From positions 69,812 to 133,811 of the forward strand of contig JBJXHE010000071.1 of NCBI GenBank assembly GCA_046160785.1: a stretch of 64,000 nucleotides of DNA, given 5' to 3'. Position 1 is the stretch's first letter. Every line of letters begins with the position of its first letter. Of this stretch, positions 62,863-64,000 are shown one piece after another. This DNA is from Planctomycetota bacterium (GTDB lineage: Bacteria > Planctomycetota > UBA1135 > JACQFD01). The position numbers and the translations under genes are program-made. The notes beneath the pieces were generated by a model. That model did not search any database, was not told where the DNA came from, and saw only the letters and a list, made by a program, of their open reading frames with translations.

Positions 62863-64000
62863 ATGGAAACTAAAGATATATCTGGGCCTCGCGTGGTCGT
62901 GCTCGTGCTCGACGGCGTCGGCGTGGGCGCGCTGCCCGACGCGGCGAAATTCGGCGATGAAGGCACAAATACATTATTGCATACGGCGCAAGCCGCCGGA
63001 TCGTTAGTATTACCGAATCTTACAGAAATGGGCCTCGGTAATATTCAATCGGCGCCGGGTCTCGCGCCGTCGGCGAATCCGAAAGCGTCGTTCGGCCGCA
63101 TGCGCGAGCGCTCCGCCGACAAAGATACACAAAGCGGACACTGGGAAATGATGGGTTGCCCCGTGCTGACGCCGTTTACACATTTCTCGCACGGATTTCC
63201 GGCGGAGATTATTGATAAGTTTTGTAAAGAGGCGGGCGTTGCAAAAGTATTAGGAAACAAAGCCGCGAGCGGAACGGAAATATTAAAAGAGCTCGGCCCT
63301 GAACATGAACGAACTGGCTATCCGATTGTTTATACATCGGCGGATTCCGTGTTTCAAATCGCCGCGCACGAAGAAATTGTTAGTTTAACCAAATTGTATC
63401 AATGGGGCGAAATCGCGAGGAAAATTCTCGACCCGTACAACGTCGGGCGCGTGATCGTGCGGCCGTTCGTCGGACACGACGGCAAATATACAAGAACGTT
63501 CAACCGCCGCGACTTTTCGATGCCGCCGCCGGGCCCGACGGTTTTAGATATATTAAAAGAAGCGGGCGTCGCAGTCGTCGGCGTCGGTAAAATAGAAGAT
63601 ATCTTCGCGGCGCGCGGTATCACCGAATCGATTCATACTGAAGGCAATCACGACGGAATGTTAAGAACCGCCGAAAGGTTAAAAACGCTGGACCGCGGCG
63701 TATTGTTTACAAATCTCGTCGAATTCGACAGCCACTACGGGCACCGCCGCGACCCGATCGGCATGGCGAAAGCGCTCCGTGAATTTGATACAGATTTGCA
63801 AGCGGTCTTGGGTGCGCTTCGCGAGGGCGATGTTTTATTGATGACATCCGATCACGGCAACGATCCGACGTTTATGAAAACAACGGATCACACGCGCGAG
63901 TACGCGCCGGTTTTAATGTATCAACCGGGGCAGAAAGGCCGCAATCTCGGAGAGCGCGCGAGTTTTTGTGATATTGGTTCGACGATCGCGGAAATGTTTC
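62863..64000 (+). CDS. deoB: phosphopentomutase; 3' end lies outside the window
   Basis: Not in the ORF track because no stop lies in the window. My translation gives METKDISGPRVVVLVLDGVGVGALPDA...DKDTQSGHWEMMG...SDHGNDPT, typical DeoB metal and phosphoserine-site motifs. Confidence 0.9.
   Translation, partial: METKDISGPRVVVLVLDGVGVGALPDAAKFGDEGTNTLLHTAQAAGSLVLPNLTEMGLGNIQSAPGLAPSANPKASFGRMRERSADKDTQSGHWEMMGCPVLTPFTHFSHGFPAEIIDKFCKEAGVAKVLGNKAASGTEILKELGPEHERTGYPIVYTSADSVFQIAAHEEIVSLTKLYQWGEIARKILDPYNVGRVIVRPFVGHDGKYTRTFNRRDFSMPPPGPTVLDILKEAGVAVVGVGKIEDIFAARGITESIHTEGNHDGMLRTAERLKTLDRGVLFTNLVEFDSHYGHRRDPIGMAKALREFDTDLQAVLGALREGDVLLMTSDHGNDPTFMKTTDHTREYAPVLMYQPGQKGRNLGERASFCDIGSTIAEMF

Overview
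Gene-dense 64-kb chromosomal segment with about 57 protein-coding genes and one tRNA-Arg(CCG). I recognised no rRNA, CRISPR array, transposase, integrase, phage gene or known defence gene. Housekeeping genes (rsmB fragment, lysC, lepB, purF, nadE, hflX, deoB fragment) are interleaved with envelope and regulatory genes: three ECF sigma modules, TPR/HEAT/FG-GAP repeat proteins, GT9/GT4/GT39 glycosyltransferases, an LpxL-type acyltransferase, two class-B radical SAM enzymes and an S8 protease. This content resembles a PVC/Planctomycetota-like diderm, but that is inference only. All calls rest on motifs read from the supplied translations and on hand inspection of the DNA; no searches or statistics were run.

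Best candidates for something undescribed:
1. An 881-aa membrane-anchored ECF sigma factor fused to five carboxypeptidase-regulatory-like repeats. It is divergent from a translationally coupled ABC-2 exporter / two FG-GAP proteins / SDR / SGNH-TPR operon (46.9-56.9 kb).
2. A divergent locus (12.4-21.2 kb) with two B12-type radical SAM enzymes, GT9, GT4 and a prenyltransferase-repeat protein, with purF embedded in it.
3. A roughly 165-bp long imperfect palindrome with perfect 19-bp termini that exactly fills a convergent intergenic gap (60.17-60.34 kb), plus a second palindrome in the promoter region of the fused sigma gene.
4. A translationally coupled pair of small paralogous acidic proteins (33.8-34.3 kb).
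5. A CpG-poor islet carrying an orphan Phd/YefM-like antitoxin.
6. Strikingly recurrent TAG-containing words such as TTGTAGCAT on both strands.

I found no convincing evidence for a complete novel defence or mobile system.
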